Below are positions 12,775-25,006 of a stretch of DNA of 64,000 nt, piece by piece; the stretch's first letter is position 1, and each line of letters begins with the position of its first letter. The translations under genes were made by a program, and so were the position numbers. Below the pieces are notes generated by a model. It worked only from the letters and a program-made list of their open reading frames with translations. It did no database searches and had not been told where the DNA came from. Source of the DNA: Azolla caroliniana (Eukaryota; Plantae; Polypodiophyta); the NCBI GenBank assembly GCA_043228905.1, contig JBHGNT010000012.1, positions 16,244,001-16,308,000 of the forward strand. The letters are read 5' to 3'.

Positions 12775-13513
12775 AGTGGCGGAATTGCATACGTATCGAG
12801 CAGACTGGGAGAACCGGAGGAAAGACAGCCAAGGGTTCTATAACCTCAACGAGGAAAGCATTGCGGCAATGCGCGAGGACCTAGCGCAGGACTATCGCAT
12901 GCTAGCGGACCAACATTTCGAGGAACTCGTGTAACTACTAGATGATTTCGGCAAAAGTCAGGAGGACCTGTTTCACCAGATCACGCAAGCCGGTAGCATG
13001 CGAACAAACGAGGAATCCATCGCGACACCTAGTCCGGATACTACCGAACAAGAGGAACCTCAGGCCATGTGACCAGAAATTACCACTACAGTGAACAACA
13101 CGGAACGGCGAGCGGAGTCCCCCGCAATACCAGACAGCGAAACCACCAACCAAGAAGAACCCCATCCACCAGAGCATACGCTTACGGCCGACTGCACGGA
13201 GAACGTTCCAGACCAAGAGAAACCACAACTCCACTCCCCAGAGCGTACAACGACGGCCGACATCACGAAGGAAGTGATGGACGAAATAGAGTTGTGACCT
13301 ACCGCAAGCCCGCGGACGGATGAACCAAACCCCCTAGCCCATGAAGAGCCCGTAGAACCCGGACCGCCAACACAGGACGACCGCAACACCATGAGAAGCC
13401 CTCTCGACCAAGTAGGGGAACCACACAACGACACGCCTACGGGCCCTACGCCGTCCCCAAACACGGACACTGTAGCAAAACCAAACATCAGGTCCCTTTT
13501 GGAGGAAGATTAA
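12775..13513 (+). pseudogene. C-terminal part of the extra post-pol ORF (element 2)
   Basis: RADWENRRKDSQGFYNLNEESIAAMREDL aligns with RADAENRRKTGEKFYKMDEESIVTIREEL of element 4; acidic/Pro-rich tail ends LLEED*. Confidence 0.75.
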
Positions 13514-13560
13514 AGGGATGGGTCCGACGTGCCATGGCACTTTCCCACAAGCGTGCCAGG

Positions 13561-14007
13561 TGTTGTCCGCCGGAATAGTAACTGATGGACAAGAGCGCAG
13601 TAATATGGAATAGAATAATATTGTAACGCATGTAACGGTTCACGCGGGAAGCGTGAACGGCTAAAAGACCCTACGTATATAAAGGGCAAAAAACCTCGGA
13701 TAGAGGAGCGTGTAATTTTGAATGTAAAAGGCGTATCTTAATAGAGTTCTATCTTCTCTGATATCTGTGCGTGTCTGTGATTAATCTACCATGTGTCTGT
13801 AATTCTTAAGAGCGTAGGTGTGAGTAACGGTGAGTGTGCTAGCCCACTGTCTAAGGAGCTCAGTTGTAGCTGTCTCCCTTATACGTTGTAGGTTACGGGA
13901 GGTATCCCACTAAGTAGTACGCATAGACGCTATCATTCGTTGTCACACAGTCACTTTGAGGTCTAGGTCAAAGGATTGACCCTAGACCGTGTTCCTAATC
14001 GATAACA
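13561..14007 (+). repeat. 3' LTR of element 2
   Basis: Direct repeat of 7869-8316. Confidence 0.93.
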
Positions 14008-14042
14008 CAAGTTCTTGGTTATTGTCGGGATGTGTAGCACGT

Positions 14043-15235
14043 TCATGAGTTTCCCTTTTTGCTCGACGTGGTTGAGGGAAACTTCACCGACATGTTCGAT
14101 GGATGCGGAGTGTCGTCTCCAATTTCGACCACTCCTTGTTTTTCCGGTTTCTCGAAGTATGAGAACCATTCCTCGTGACTCATCATATGATTTGACGATC
14201 CGGAGTCAACATACCACACCTCGTTCAGTTTCGAGGTGTTCACCGCCATCGAGTTGGCCTTGTGCTTCATTACGAAGGTTGGGCCCGATCCATTTTTGGC
14301 TCGTTCGGAGCCCTCGGCGTAGTGCGATCGTTCCCGATTTCCTTGTTCGATCCGCCCGGATCTAGATGCGGTTTTCTCCGAATCAGCGTGTTTCTTCCAA
14401 CACTTGTTGTCCTTGTGGCCTTTCTTGCCATAGTACCAGCATTCTGCATCGGGCTTTCCTTGCCGGTTTTCGACGCCGCCTCGACTCCCCCTGCTTCCGG
14501 AGGGTTCGAAACTATTGTTGGCATTACGACCATGCCTTCCATCTTGCTCCTGTCGGCCGCCTCCATTGCGCGCCGACTCGCCTCGCCCGCCACGACCATG
14601 GGGCCTATCTTCCTCCATGTAGAACATCTTGTTGTCGGCATGCATACTCGTCGACGCACCCGCGTGGTTCCCCTCTACTAGGAGCATTGACTGTAAGTCG
14701 AAAAACGACGACATATTCTCCCTCATATAGACCGTAGTTCGGAAAGCTCCGAACTTCGATGTTAAACCTGTGAGGCAGACCTACACCATTTCGTCCTCCT
14801 CGACATTTACATCAACGAGGCCAGAGAGTCATAGATATCCTTGATCATGGAGGTGTAGTCAGCCACAGACATATCTTGTTGTCAAACATTGTTCAACTTT
14901 CTGGTTGTGGTGCTCGCGGCAAAAATCTTTTTCAGATTTCCCCAAGCATCCTTCGGCGTCTTTGCATCCCGAATGTAGCTTAGAAGTTGATTGCTCACAT
15001 AAGATGCGAAGAAGTAGAGAACTTTGCTTGCCGCCTATTCCCAGGCCGGGAAATCTCTGTGTGTTGATTCGGGTGCTGCGTCATTAGCTCCATCGACATA
15101 ATGCCAGTAGCCATGCACGAGCAGGTACTGGTGCATCTTGTACGACCAAGATGCATAGTTGCTTCTGTCGAGCTTCTCCGTCGGAAGCGAGCTAACCATT
15201 CCTCTATCCATTATTTTCTTCTTCTGTTCTTTCAC
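14043..15235 (-). pseudogene. Copia gag and protease, fragmented
   Basis: KLDRSNYASWSYKMHQYL (copia gag N-terminus), zinc knuckle, WYVDSG. Confidence 0.88.
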
Positions 15236-15285
15236 CGTGATTAGGGTTTGTCTGTTTGTCGGCAGCAGAGGATCTCAACCCTCAC

Positions 15286-15577
15286 GCTCTGATACCATGT
15301 AAAAGAATACACGTGGAAGCTTAACAGACACAACCGGGTAACAACAGGCAAAAAACAAAGAAGGTTTAATGGAAAGCTTAATCAACACAGTGTACGCGAG
15401 AGAGACAGAGAGAGAGCAGAACACAAACACTCTATTCCAAAACAATATTCCAAAACTTTGTACATAGGATATGACCAAAGATCACTTTTATACAAGTCCA
15501 TACGAACTGACAGAAGTACTGACACGTACTTCAATGCTCATCAATGAGGCTCTACACTAACTCCCAAAATATATTCA
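15286..15577 (-). repeat. Copia PBS (tRNA-Met, 15286-15297) and 5' LTR (15298-~15577, outer end approximate)
   Basis: TGGTATCAGAGC directly follows ...TTTTACA on the minus strand; the partner LTR lies outside the window. Confidence 0.7.
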
Positions 15578-18500
15578 TTTGCGGAATATCTGTCCAACGG
15601 CCTCCCAGTTTACGCACCGCTACAGCCTCTCGTTGCGCACCCGGTTTACACACCTAGTCTATGCATTGGTTTACGCGCCCATTGTTGAGCTTGTATCTCA
15701 ACAATATTCAACAAATCTCTTTAGAAAAGCAGAAAGCGCAACCACAACATGGGGAGTTAGTGTTATGTGTGCAACAACTTGAAGCAACCATTGTAGCATT
15801 GCAACAACAAGGATCAAGTACTCCAAGGGCCCAAGATCGGCCTTCCTATGAAATTCGATGGAACGCGATCACAGTCTGTTTTGGAGATACTGATAGCATA
15901 AGGATGACAATCAACAAAATCCGACAATTAAATCAAGGTGATCGTCCAACCTTCGCTTACGATGCAGATTTCCATCTACTCGCCTCAGATATACACTGGG
16001 ATGATCAAGCATTGATGGAGCAATTTCGATACGACCTATGAAATGATGTCAAAGACTTACTCCTGACTTTCTCCGAATAACCAAAATCACTCACAGAGGC
16101 AATCAGTCGAGCGGCACGATGCGATAACCGGCTTTTAGAATGACGTTCGGAACGCCAATTACAAATGCCAAAGACTAGGTCGGAGCCCACATATGCCTCA
16201 GTCATAGTAAAACCATTTGCAAGGGAGTCATATAATGCATCTCCGGCAAATACTCCAACACCGATGGAAATCGACACCACACGTCGTCGTGGACCATTGT
16301 CGGAAGAAGAAAAACAACGACGCTAAGTAAATTGATTATGTCTTTACTGTGGAGGACCAGGGCATATTGCAATAAACTGTCCACATAGGCCAAGAAGACA
16401 AGTAAATCAAATAGTAGCTTGTACTAAACCTAAGTCTATTTTGGTAAGAGTGTCTAATAGTCCTAATCGTACTGATAGCCCAAGTCTATTGAACAAATTT
16501 GAAGTCCTTAGTCAGTTAGAAGAAGAGTTAAACAACTAAGTCCAGCCAAAATAGGAGCCGTTTGGTTGGACAACCCTAGATCTGTGCAACCCATTAGTGG
16601 TTCCATTCCCTTTAAGAAAGTTAGCAATGTCTTCCTAGCTTAAGTAACTATTAGTACTAAAAGTATCCCTCTAGTACATGTCTTAGCACTCCTAGATTGC
16701 GGAGCTAATTCTTGCTTCATGGATAAGAATTTTGCCCAAGCTCATTAGATATCCCTAAGAAAACTCCCTTGCCCAGCCTCTATAGTAGTCATTGATGGTC
16801 GCCCCATTGCTTCCGGAAATATCATAGAAGAGTCAGAGCCAATAAGTGTTGTCGTAGATGATTTGGCATGTGTAATATCATTCAATATAATTAGTAGTCC
16901 AGAACATCCCATTGTTTTGGGGTTACCATGGCAGACTCCCTAAAACTGTGCAAGGTCAAAACTGTGGTAGAGTGGCAGACTCCCCCCGTTCGTTGGTAGA
17001 TGTGCAATGTTTTTTAGGCTTCTCAAATTTCTACCGCAAGTTTATACAGGACTACTCAAATCTTATTTTTCCTCTCACACAACTTACCAAGAAGGGGAAA
17101 TCGTTTGTTTGGTCTAAGGAAGCGGACACGGGTTTTGTAAGTCTTAAGAAAGCATTTACATCAGCTCCTATTCTAGCTCACGTTGATCCGAACAAACCGT
17201 TCATCATGGAGGCAGGCGCATCGGAGTTTGCCCTTGGTAGCATTCTGTCACAACAAGGCGATGATGAAAAACTACATCTTGTGGCTTTCCACTCGTGCAA
17301 GTTTGACGCCGCTGAAATCAACTGTGAGATACATGACAAGGAGCTATTAGCAATAGTGGATTCTTTTGCACAATGGAGGCATTTTTTAGAGGGATCTTCT
17401 CATCAAGTCACCGTATTCAGTGATCACAAAAACCTTGCCTATTTCCAAAATGTACTTGTATTAAATCGAAGACCAGCTCAGTGGGCCCAATTCCTCACTC
17501 ATTTCAACTTCAAAATTACATATCGTCCTAGGAAGCAGCAAGGGAAGGCAGATGTGTTACCGCGGAACTCGTATCTAGCACCTTGTCCAGGTGATCCAGC
17601 ATTCAATAATCAAAAGCAAATCATCCTGGGACCAACACGACTACAAGCAACGTGGGTTTTTGATACTCCATTGGATTCCCTCATTATCGAGACTATACGC
17701 GAAGACTTGAAGACAGACGCTTTCACTCAAGCCATTTTAGCGCAAATTGATCCCTCGCGGGCAACCTATTCACAATCGCAACAACCAGGTATGGACTATC
17801 GACAATTTGAATGTCATGATGGATTACTATTCTTTACGAAACTCTTGTATGTTCCCAATGGTTCTTGTCATCTTCGAGTAGTCCAAAATTGTCATCACAC
17901 ATATACAATTGGACATTTTGGTAGTACGAAAATGTTGGATTTAGTATGACGATCATTTTGGTGACCTCATATGCGATGATTTGTCGAAGACTATGTTCGG
18001 ACATGTGATACATGTTGCAGAGCAAAGATGCCAAGACATCATCCATATGGTTTATTGGAACCATTACCAATTCCAAGCAAGTCGTGGCAGTCCATTTCTC
18101 TGGATTTTATCACAGATCTTCCAATTTCAAAGGGACTCGATGCGATCTTAACAATAGTGGATCAATATATATTAAGATGTCACATTTCCTGCCTTGTACT
18201 AAGGCTATCACTAGTGAAGAAACCGCCAAAATTGTCATGTGTGAGGTATTTCGGCATCATGGCCTCCTAGATAGTATCATCAGCGATTGTGGACCTCAAT
18301 TTGTCTCGAAATTTTGGAAGCATCTCTTCAAAATGCTCAATGTCACTTCTAGCCTCTCCTCCGGTTATCACCCTCCAACAGAAGGCCAAGCAGAACAAAC
18401 AAATCAAACGCTGGAACAATATCTTCGGTGTTTTCTAAGCTATCAACAAGATGATTGGGCGGATATTCTTCACTTTGCCAAATTGCTTATAATAACTCTA

Positions 18501-19198
18501 TCCACTCATCGACTAGGGTTGCACCATTTTATGCTTATACAAGCTATCATTCTCAATGGTGTGTGTTCGAAACTCCGGAGTTACCCACAAATCCTCATGT
18601 AGAGGATCATTTGGAGCGGCTACGCAAGATACAAGCAGAGACCTATCTACCCATTTACATCAAGCTCAACAAACACAGAAGACTTATGCGGATCATCATC
18701 GGCTTCAGTCTTGTTTTGATATTGGAAATCGGGTATGGCTATTACGACGACACATCAAGACTACTCGACCATGCAATAAATTGGATTATCGACAATAAGG
18801 TCCTTTTCGTATTATCAAAAAAATTAATGATGCCACTTTTCGTCTTGATCTACCTCTGCAACTACAATTACATCCGGTTTTCATAGTTCTCTTCTCAAAC
18901 CCTATCAAGATAACACTATTCCGAATTGTATTACACCACCTCCACCCCCGATCAAGCTTGAATGAGGATTGGAGTACGAAGTTGCTGCCATCCTCGATTC
19001 GCAACAAGCTCTACTATTTGGTCGATTGGCTAGGCTATAGTCCAAGCGAGCGTACTTGGGAACCAATCGAGAATGTCGCAAATGTTAGAGCTCTTATTCA
19101 AGACTTCCTTCAACAATATCCCCACAAACCAGGTCGTCCATCTAAGACTACTCGTCACACTCGTCGTCTTAAGGTGGGGGGGGGGGGGGGGGGGGTAG

Positions 19199-19523
19199 TG
19201 TCATGATATGGCATGGTATAGCTCCGAAGAGATTCGAACCCATGACCTTGTGTTACATGGGTTGAACCCTTGCCATTAAACCATGAATTGTACTAGTTTC
19301 AATAAGAAATTCATGTATATTCTAGATTACTCTAGAACATTCTAGAAACTTCAAGAGTAATCTTGACAACACGATAAATAGATGCATAAGGCATTATTCC
19401 GAACCAATTCTGTTCAAGGACAGTCTTAAGGCTCCTAGTTGTTCTTGTATCATTCTTCATATAATATAATATACCTCTTGTTCTCATCAATATCTCATTC
19501 TCTCCTCTCACGTGGTTCTCACA
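19199..19523 (+). repeat. 3' LTR of the Tcn1-like element (right end approximate)
   Basis: Starts with TG 3 nt after the G-tract; plausible ..CTCACA end; no partner LTR. Confidence 0.65.
19214..19290 (-). other. tRNA-like sequence (Pol III A and B boxes) inside the Tcn1-like LTR
   Basis: Minus strand reads TGGTTTAATGGCAAG...GGTCATGGGTTCGAATCTC...ATACCA; stems imperfect. Confidence 0.55.
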
Positions 19524-19619
19524 CACTCTTTCCCTTCTTAGTACTAATCCTCATTCTTCTCCTCTATCTTTAGTACTAATTCTCCTTGCCTCTAGTACTA
19601 TCTTTGACACCTTTCAAGT

Positions 19620-21985
19620 ACAAGCAACGACGGTAGGAAGGCAAGTCCAAAAGTTAAAGTAAGAAAAACAAGCACTTGAAGAAAAGGTGGAGATGATCAT
19701 AGAACGGATCCGGATCATAATGACTAACCGGAGGCTGAGGCTTGAAGGAGAAGCGGGAGGAGGGTACGACTGCAATATGGAGAGAATGGTCAGTACAAGT
19801 TGTTGAGTTACATATGTTCTGGGCGGATGTAGAAAACCGGAAAAAGACGGACACCAACTTCTATAAAATGGATGAGCGGAGTATTTTTACAATCCGGGAG
19901 GAATTATCCAACGATTTCTATGCCCTCACTCAAGTTCAGACATATGAAATTAAGAAGTTATTGGAGGACTTCGAAGACGACCAATTATAGTTGACATTAG
20001 AGCTTGAAGCCTATGAACGAGCACGGTTGCAGCCGACTCAAGCACAATTGGACGATGTTGGGGCGGAGTGGATTGATATAAGCAATGAAGACCAGCCTAT
20101 CGCTCAACAGTTGGAACCGGTGTCATGATGTTGAGGCTTCACGATGTCGAAACAAAGTTAAAAATCTATAGAAAGACATTTCCCATCTGGAGCTTGTGAC
20201 GAGGAGCATGTACAATTTTTCGGTTCATGAATCAAACTTCAGAAGCCCAAGATATAGCCTCCGGAAGGATCAATGTTACCTTCGAGATCACTCGTGACAA
20301 AACTGTAATTATATCAAACGGGGGAGTTCCAAAATTAAATGAGGATAATTTTGTAATTTCTCGAATGTAAAAGTATTAAATAGAATTTGTAAATAAATAA
20401 ATAAATAAATATTTATTTATTTATTTTAAAAGAAAAAGAAAAAGAAACAACCGCCCATCCATGAGGCGGTTTGTCAACCACCTCAAGAGGGTGGTTGGGT
20501 GGGTGCCCCCTATAAAAGTCACTCCCATGGCGGCTAAAGAGAGAGGAAGAAAGGAGGAAAGAAGAGAAAGTGATGACGAACCTCGTGAGGGTGAAGGATG
20601 TAGAACTCGCTCAAGAAGGTGGTGGCCTGCTGAATACAAGACGAAACTAAAGAAAAGAAAGGCAAGAAAGAAACCAAAGAATTTAAAGTGGTCTAACTCA
20701 ATTGCCTCTTTGCAAACAGAGGTCGTGAGTTCGAGTCCTCCCAAAACATCTTTTTTTCGTAAACAAATTTTATAAAATAAAAATAGTAAATATAAAAACA
20801 AATTTTCGTAAATACTTCAATAGAGAAAGAAAAGTGTTGAAGTGGTTGATTTGATAAGCCAGCTAAGTTTGAGTCTTGTAAAATAACATTTTGGTAAAAC
20901 AAATATTGTAAGTGGAGTTTTACTAATAAATATTTCAGTGACAATGTCACATCTATCTTGTCTTCTCACCTTCTTGTCCTCGCATCATCCGCACAATCAT
21001 CCCCGCGTCACAGAACCCCAGCGGTTGCGACACACAACCACAATCTTTACGACACCGGGATGAAATGAAGGAGAGCAACCGCCACTACTTAAAGGAGAAC
21101 GACCACTAGAGGAGGAGCACCCACCAATGCCAGAAGATGACGAGCCACCTCTACCGGAAGACGAACTGCTAGTAGTCATAGGCGAGCATACGGTGGAGCA
21201 AGGGTCCTTACAATATGAAGCAGACATGGAGCAACAACAAACAGACAACAAGGACGAGGAACCACAACCGCAGTAGGGCCGGTCATATAAGGCCAAGGAT
21301 ATAATGACGGAGCTATAGCCGTTGACTTGTAGTTTGGACATTTTGGAGGATAGTTGAGGGCGAGCGGGTTCAACGTGCAAGGCACTATCCCACAAGCATG
21401 TCATTCGCTGCCCAGTGAAGAAGGGACGGAGTGGAGCCGAGCCGGAGAAGCAAGGTTTCGGGGTCGAGTCGGAGGAATCTGAATCCGGAAGAGGATTTGG
21501 AGAAAGTGTGAAAGCTCGACCGGATAAATATAGGATCTTTAGTATTTAGATAAATCAGTAGATATGAAGTGTTGTATTGTAATTAGATCCGAATAGTTTT
21601 TAGGAAGTGTGTCGGGTCTAGAAGGATGTACCGATCCGAACGGATACCGTTTTGGTATCATAACCGGCTACCTATTTAAGGGGCCCAGATTGTACATATG
21701 AAACAACAAGTAATATACTCAAGTTCCCTATCTTTTGTACTTGCTATCTAGGTGTTTCATTATTAATATTACGTGTGATATTGTCTTGTGTTCTATTCCA
21801 AGTATTATAACCGAATAGTTGTGCCGAATCGCCGATTAATGTATTGTTTTGGATTATGATGAATGTAACGGGTTAGGAGATAATTGTACGCGGATCTATT
21901 TCCATACCTCCAACCACACCTTTGGATTGTATTCCAGTAGGGAGTACTTATGTGTTTGTGATGAAGATCTAGTCCAGGAAAAACA
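19620..21985 (+). mobile_element. 3' remnant of a third member of the element 2/4 family (element 3): extra ORF tail, tRNA-like motif, 3' LTR ~21406-21985
   Basis: WADVENRKKTDTNFYKMDERSIFTIREELSNDFYAL is homologous to element 4; ORF ends ILEDS*; the following motif and both LTR ends resemble those of element 4. Confidence 0.75.
20121..21054 (+). mobile_element. Solo LTR, TGTC(A/G)TGA...TACGACA type
   Basis: Termini TGTCATGA and TTTACGACA; perfect 4-bp TSD CCGG (20117-20120, 21055-21058); CCTATAAAAG near 20509. Confidence 0.75.
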
Positions 21986-22089
21986 CTGAATTTTCGACCA
22001 AGAGCCAAATCGTCCAAAATACTCCAACCCTGTATTGGGACTCATAGAGCACAATTCATCTCGTGTGTTACCCCATTTATCACTCGAAG

Positions 22090-22410
22090 ACAAAGCACAT
22101 AGAGATGAGGTATCACCATATTCAAGAGCTTGTCACTAACTAGAAGCTCAAAGTCCGAAAAGTTGATACCGAGGTGCACATTGCCGATAGCCTAACGAAG
22201 CCGCTCCCAAATCACTACTGCAGAGCACTAGGAGACAAATGGGACTACAAGCTAAGGATAACAAAAAAGCCGAATTAGATGAAGCAGAAGAAGAGTGGAA
22301 GGATGAAAGGGCCCAAAGACCCATAGAGCCGAAAGGCCGAAAGGCTGAAAAGGCCATAGAACCTGAAAGGTCGAAAGACGCTCAAAGGGCCGAAAGAGTT
22401 GAAAACCAAT
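22090..22410 (+). pseudogene. Copia RNase H C-terminal remnant followed by short GGCCGAAA-type repeats
   Basis: KHIEMRYHHIQELV..KVDTEVHIADSLTKPLP. Confidence 0.7.
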
Positions 22411-22429
22411 AATGGGACCAAGAGGGCAT

Positions 22430-23070
22430 CATAAACATTTGCTTACATGATTTTGCATGTCTACATCTATGACCAACAAGATCATGTTGATAGTTTAAAG
22501 ACCAACGCTTTCTTGTGACCACAAAAAGGGTATCCATAGAAATAATGTTTCCAAGTTTTAACTACATGGATGACCATGAAAAGTTCTTTTTCTCAAACAA
22601 AATATCAATGCTAGGTAAAATCGAATTTCTTACTCTCGAAAGCAATACGTTTTTTGTCTTGGTAAAGAACAACATTGATTGCATAATCATTAGTGTTTTT
22701 TTTTCATAAAAGGAGAGATTTTTACAATAACACTATACAACTATATCGGGGAATCACCCCCGGGTCGAGTTCAAGAATATGAGACTACATACATATCCTC
22801 TCTTACTTTCTACTTAGTGTTTGTTTCAACCTCAAACGGTTTTGAATGGTCAAGCAACTTGTGTAGGAGCGATGATTACATGTTCCTTTTTTGATAAAAA
22901 AATCTTATAGAGTATCACTCCATGATATTGGTTTGGTAAACTTATGTCGTTGACCTTTTAAATGGTTATGTAAACGACATAATCAATTGTGAGAATTTGC
23001 AAATATATTTTTGGATAAAACTAAAAAAACCAAAGAAAGAACTAAGTTCTCCGACATTGCAAGGAATGTA
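22430..23070 (-). pseudogene. Highly decayed Ty3/gypsy RT-connection/RNase H fragment
   Basis: Minus-strand remnants KPFEVET, IAFESK, EKELFMVIHVVKTWKHYFYG. Confidence 0.65.
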
Positions 23071-25006
23071 AAAGTTCATCTCTATTCACCACACAAGTGC
23101 TAGAAAAATTCACCACACAAGTGAATCAAGTTTAGTTTTCAAGAATTAGGTCTACTAAAAAATTGGCCATAGCCCGAAAAGAAGGAAGGAGCAAGCAACA
23201 TGCTTGGGAACCCTTCAATATAGATAGTATATTCTATTGTCGTCAATGTTTTAGGCAACAATGTGTTGAACCTCAACACCCCAACCTCAACGGTTCTTAG
23301 CCTAACACTTGTTATTATCCCCTTTTTACACTTTGTGTTCCCTTCCTCATTTTACTATTTCTCTTCCTCCCCTCTTTTTATTTATTCCCACCACCTTGTC
23401 TTACCCACACTCGTTGAAAGAGTTTTATGCTCCCAAAATACCCCATAATTTCAATAACAATTATTAGAACTTAAACTACACCTAGCCCCCCATATCAAAG
23501 TTTGCACAAATATAAAAATATTATAGCACAAATATGCACGTGAAAGCAACATACACACGTACATAATAAAAAAATTCAACTATACAAATATATGTACTTG
23601 TATCTGAAAATCCACACTTGCACATTCACACACATATTCGCCAAATCCACGCTTGCGCATTCTACACTTTCACACAAGCACGTGCACCCGAAGAAATGAG
23701 AGAAAAATTCCTTCCCCTTTCTATTGCATGTTTGGTGGTTTACATCGTGGCATCAAAGACATAAAATTGAGAAAACCAAAGTTCAATCCTCACCGTGGGC
23801 TAGGTCCCCTGTCATATATTACGAATGATCTTCTGTGGATTGGCATTTACATGTGCACTCATGCGAACTAAGAAGAGCACAACCAAATCCACCTTCCCTA
23901 GTTCAAGACCATGGTGGTCTCGCATGCGTCTTTCACACGCTTCTCAAATATTCTAGCGGCAATGGTTTCATCTAGAATACAAAAATATGTTGCATTGCTT
24001 ACATTACATTAACAATAAATAGTTTGACATCATCCAATATAGATAATGTGCATCTCATATGTGATACATATGTGTCATGTGGTTTTTCTTGTTATATATG
24101 CTTGCTCCAAAATTTAAGTCAAACAAATATACAGGAGATGTGTATAATGCTTGAATTTGTCAACGCATATCATTGTTTGTCTTTCGGTGTCACCGCTTTA
24201 CTATAAGTATATGCATCAAACTAACATTGCTAGTGTCTAGTTGTGGTAGTTTAGAAAGAGTTGTGTATAACTATTACTATACCTATCACACATTAGGCAT
24301 GCTACATGAATAATGAACATTGAAAGTCTCTACATCTAGGGGATTAACAAGACTCCCATTCATGTTTCACGTCCTTCGTGACACAATATGCACACAACTA
24401 AAGTAGAACAAAACAATCACTAAAGAGACAATTAGTATGATCAAAGTTCCAATAATTATATTAAGAATTAACAAGTGGAAATTCATTGCCCCACTTGTTG
24501 GAATGAATGCAAGTTAAAAAAATTTTGATGTGTATAAGGTTGAACTTTAGCATCTTGCCACTTAACTATGAACCTACGACAATACCATGATGTGTTTGCA
24601 TTTTCTTGTGAATTTAGATTACATTCCAAATCTTATGGCTACAAAATTCATGGGAGTTTGGACATATTATATGCGCCTAATGTTATTTTCCAAGAGAATT
24701 TAGAGAATTGATGTAGAAATCCTTCCAACCATCATATTGGTATTACCATTATCTACATAATATTAAACTTCCAATAAAACGATCCTATTAAGTTAGGATA
24801 TTAACGTGACAAAGATATAGTTTTCCCACACATCTTCAAAGGTTGAATATGATCTTTGATCCTATTATGGTTAGGATATTAATGTGACAAAGATATAGTT
24901 TTCATTTTCCCCTACAATGTTTTTAAGGAGACAAAGATAAATACTCATCCTCTAAGGTTGAAATATTCGGTGTCTACAATAAATATTTTGGATATTGAGT
25001 GTTGAG

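Larger units (their letters stand above)
7869..14007 (+). mobile_element. Non-chromovirus Ty3/gypsy element (element 2), internally inverted and deleted
   Basis: LTRs 7869-8316 and 13561-14007 (TG..CA); TSD CAAGT (7864-7868, 14008-14012). LTR TATA, PBS and the end of the 3' ORF are on +; pol is on -. Confidence 0.9.
1..15577 (-). mobile_element. Degenerate Ty1/copia LTR retrotransposon split by two nested Ty3/gypsy insertions; own sequence at 1-1130, 7798-7868 and 14008-~15577; 3' part runs off the left edge
   Basis: gag (EKLDRSNYASWSYKM; CWYYGKKGH knuckle), protease WYVDSG, GAG-pre-integrase (LWHKQSGH) and integrase (FDGGKEY, QQNGVAERKN) in copia order. Removing both inserts restores TITKN|LVSVG*IVHQGMQVRFTHLSCYI|EEEGKVIAQG. 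Confidence 0.9.
15600..19523 (+). mobile_element. Degenerate Tcn1-like chromovirus; 5' LTR absent, RT deleted
   Basis: PEG10-like gag (PTPMEID, CLYCGGPGHIAINCP), protease LLDCGA, RNase H (IHDKELLAIV, DHKNL), integrase (SISLDFITDLP), chromodomain (YYLVDWLGYSPSERTWEP), poly-G PPT 19171-19195, LTR starting TGTCATG at 19199. Confidence 0.85.

Noticed and set aside
13501-13522. Purine-rich GGAGGAAGATTAAAGGGATGGG as the PPT of element 2
   Set aside because: It lies about 40 nt from the LTR and overlaps the acidic ORF end; a canonical PPT abuts the LTR. Kept only as an alternative hypothesis.
19214-19290. Functional tRNA gene
   Set aside because: Acceptor and anticodon stems do not pair well; reported only as tRNA-like.
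24781-24902. ~44-bp direct repeat pair
   Set aside because: Looks like a local duplication; no TIR, TSD or coding context.
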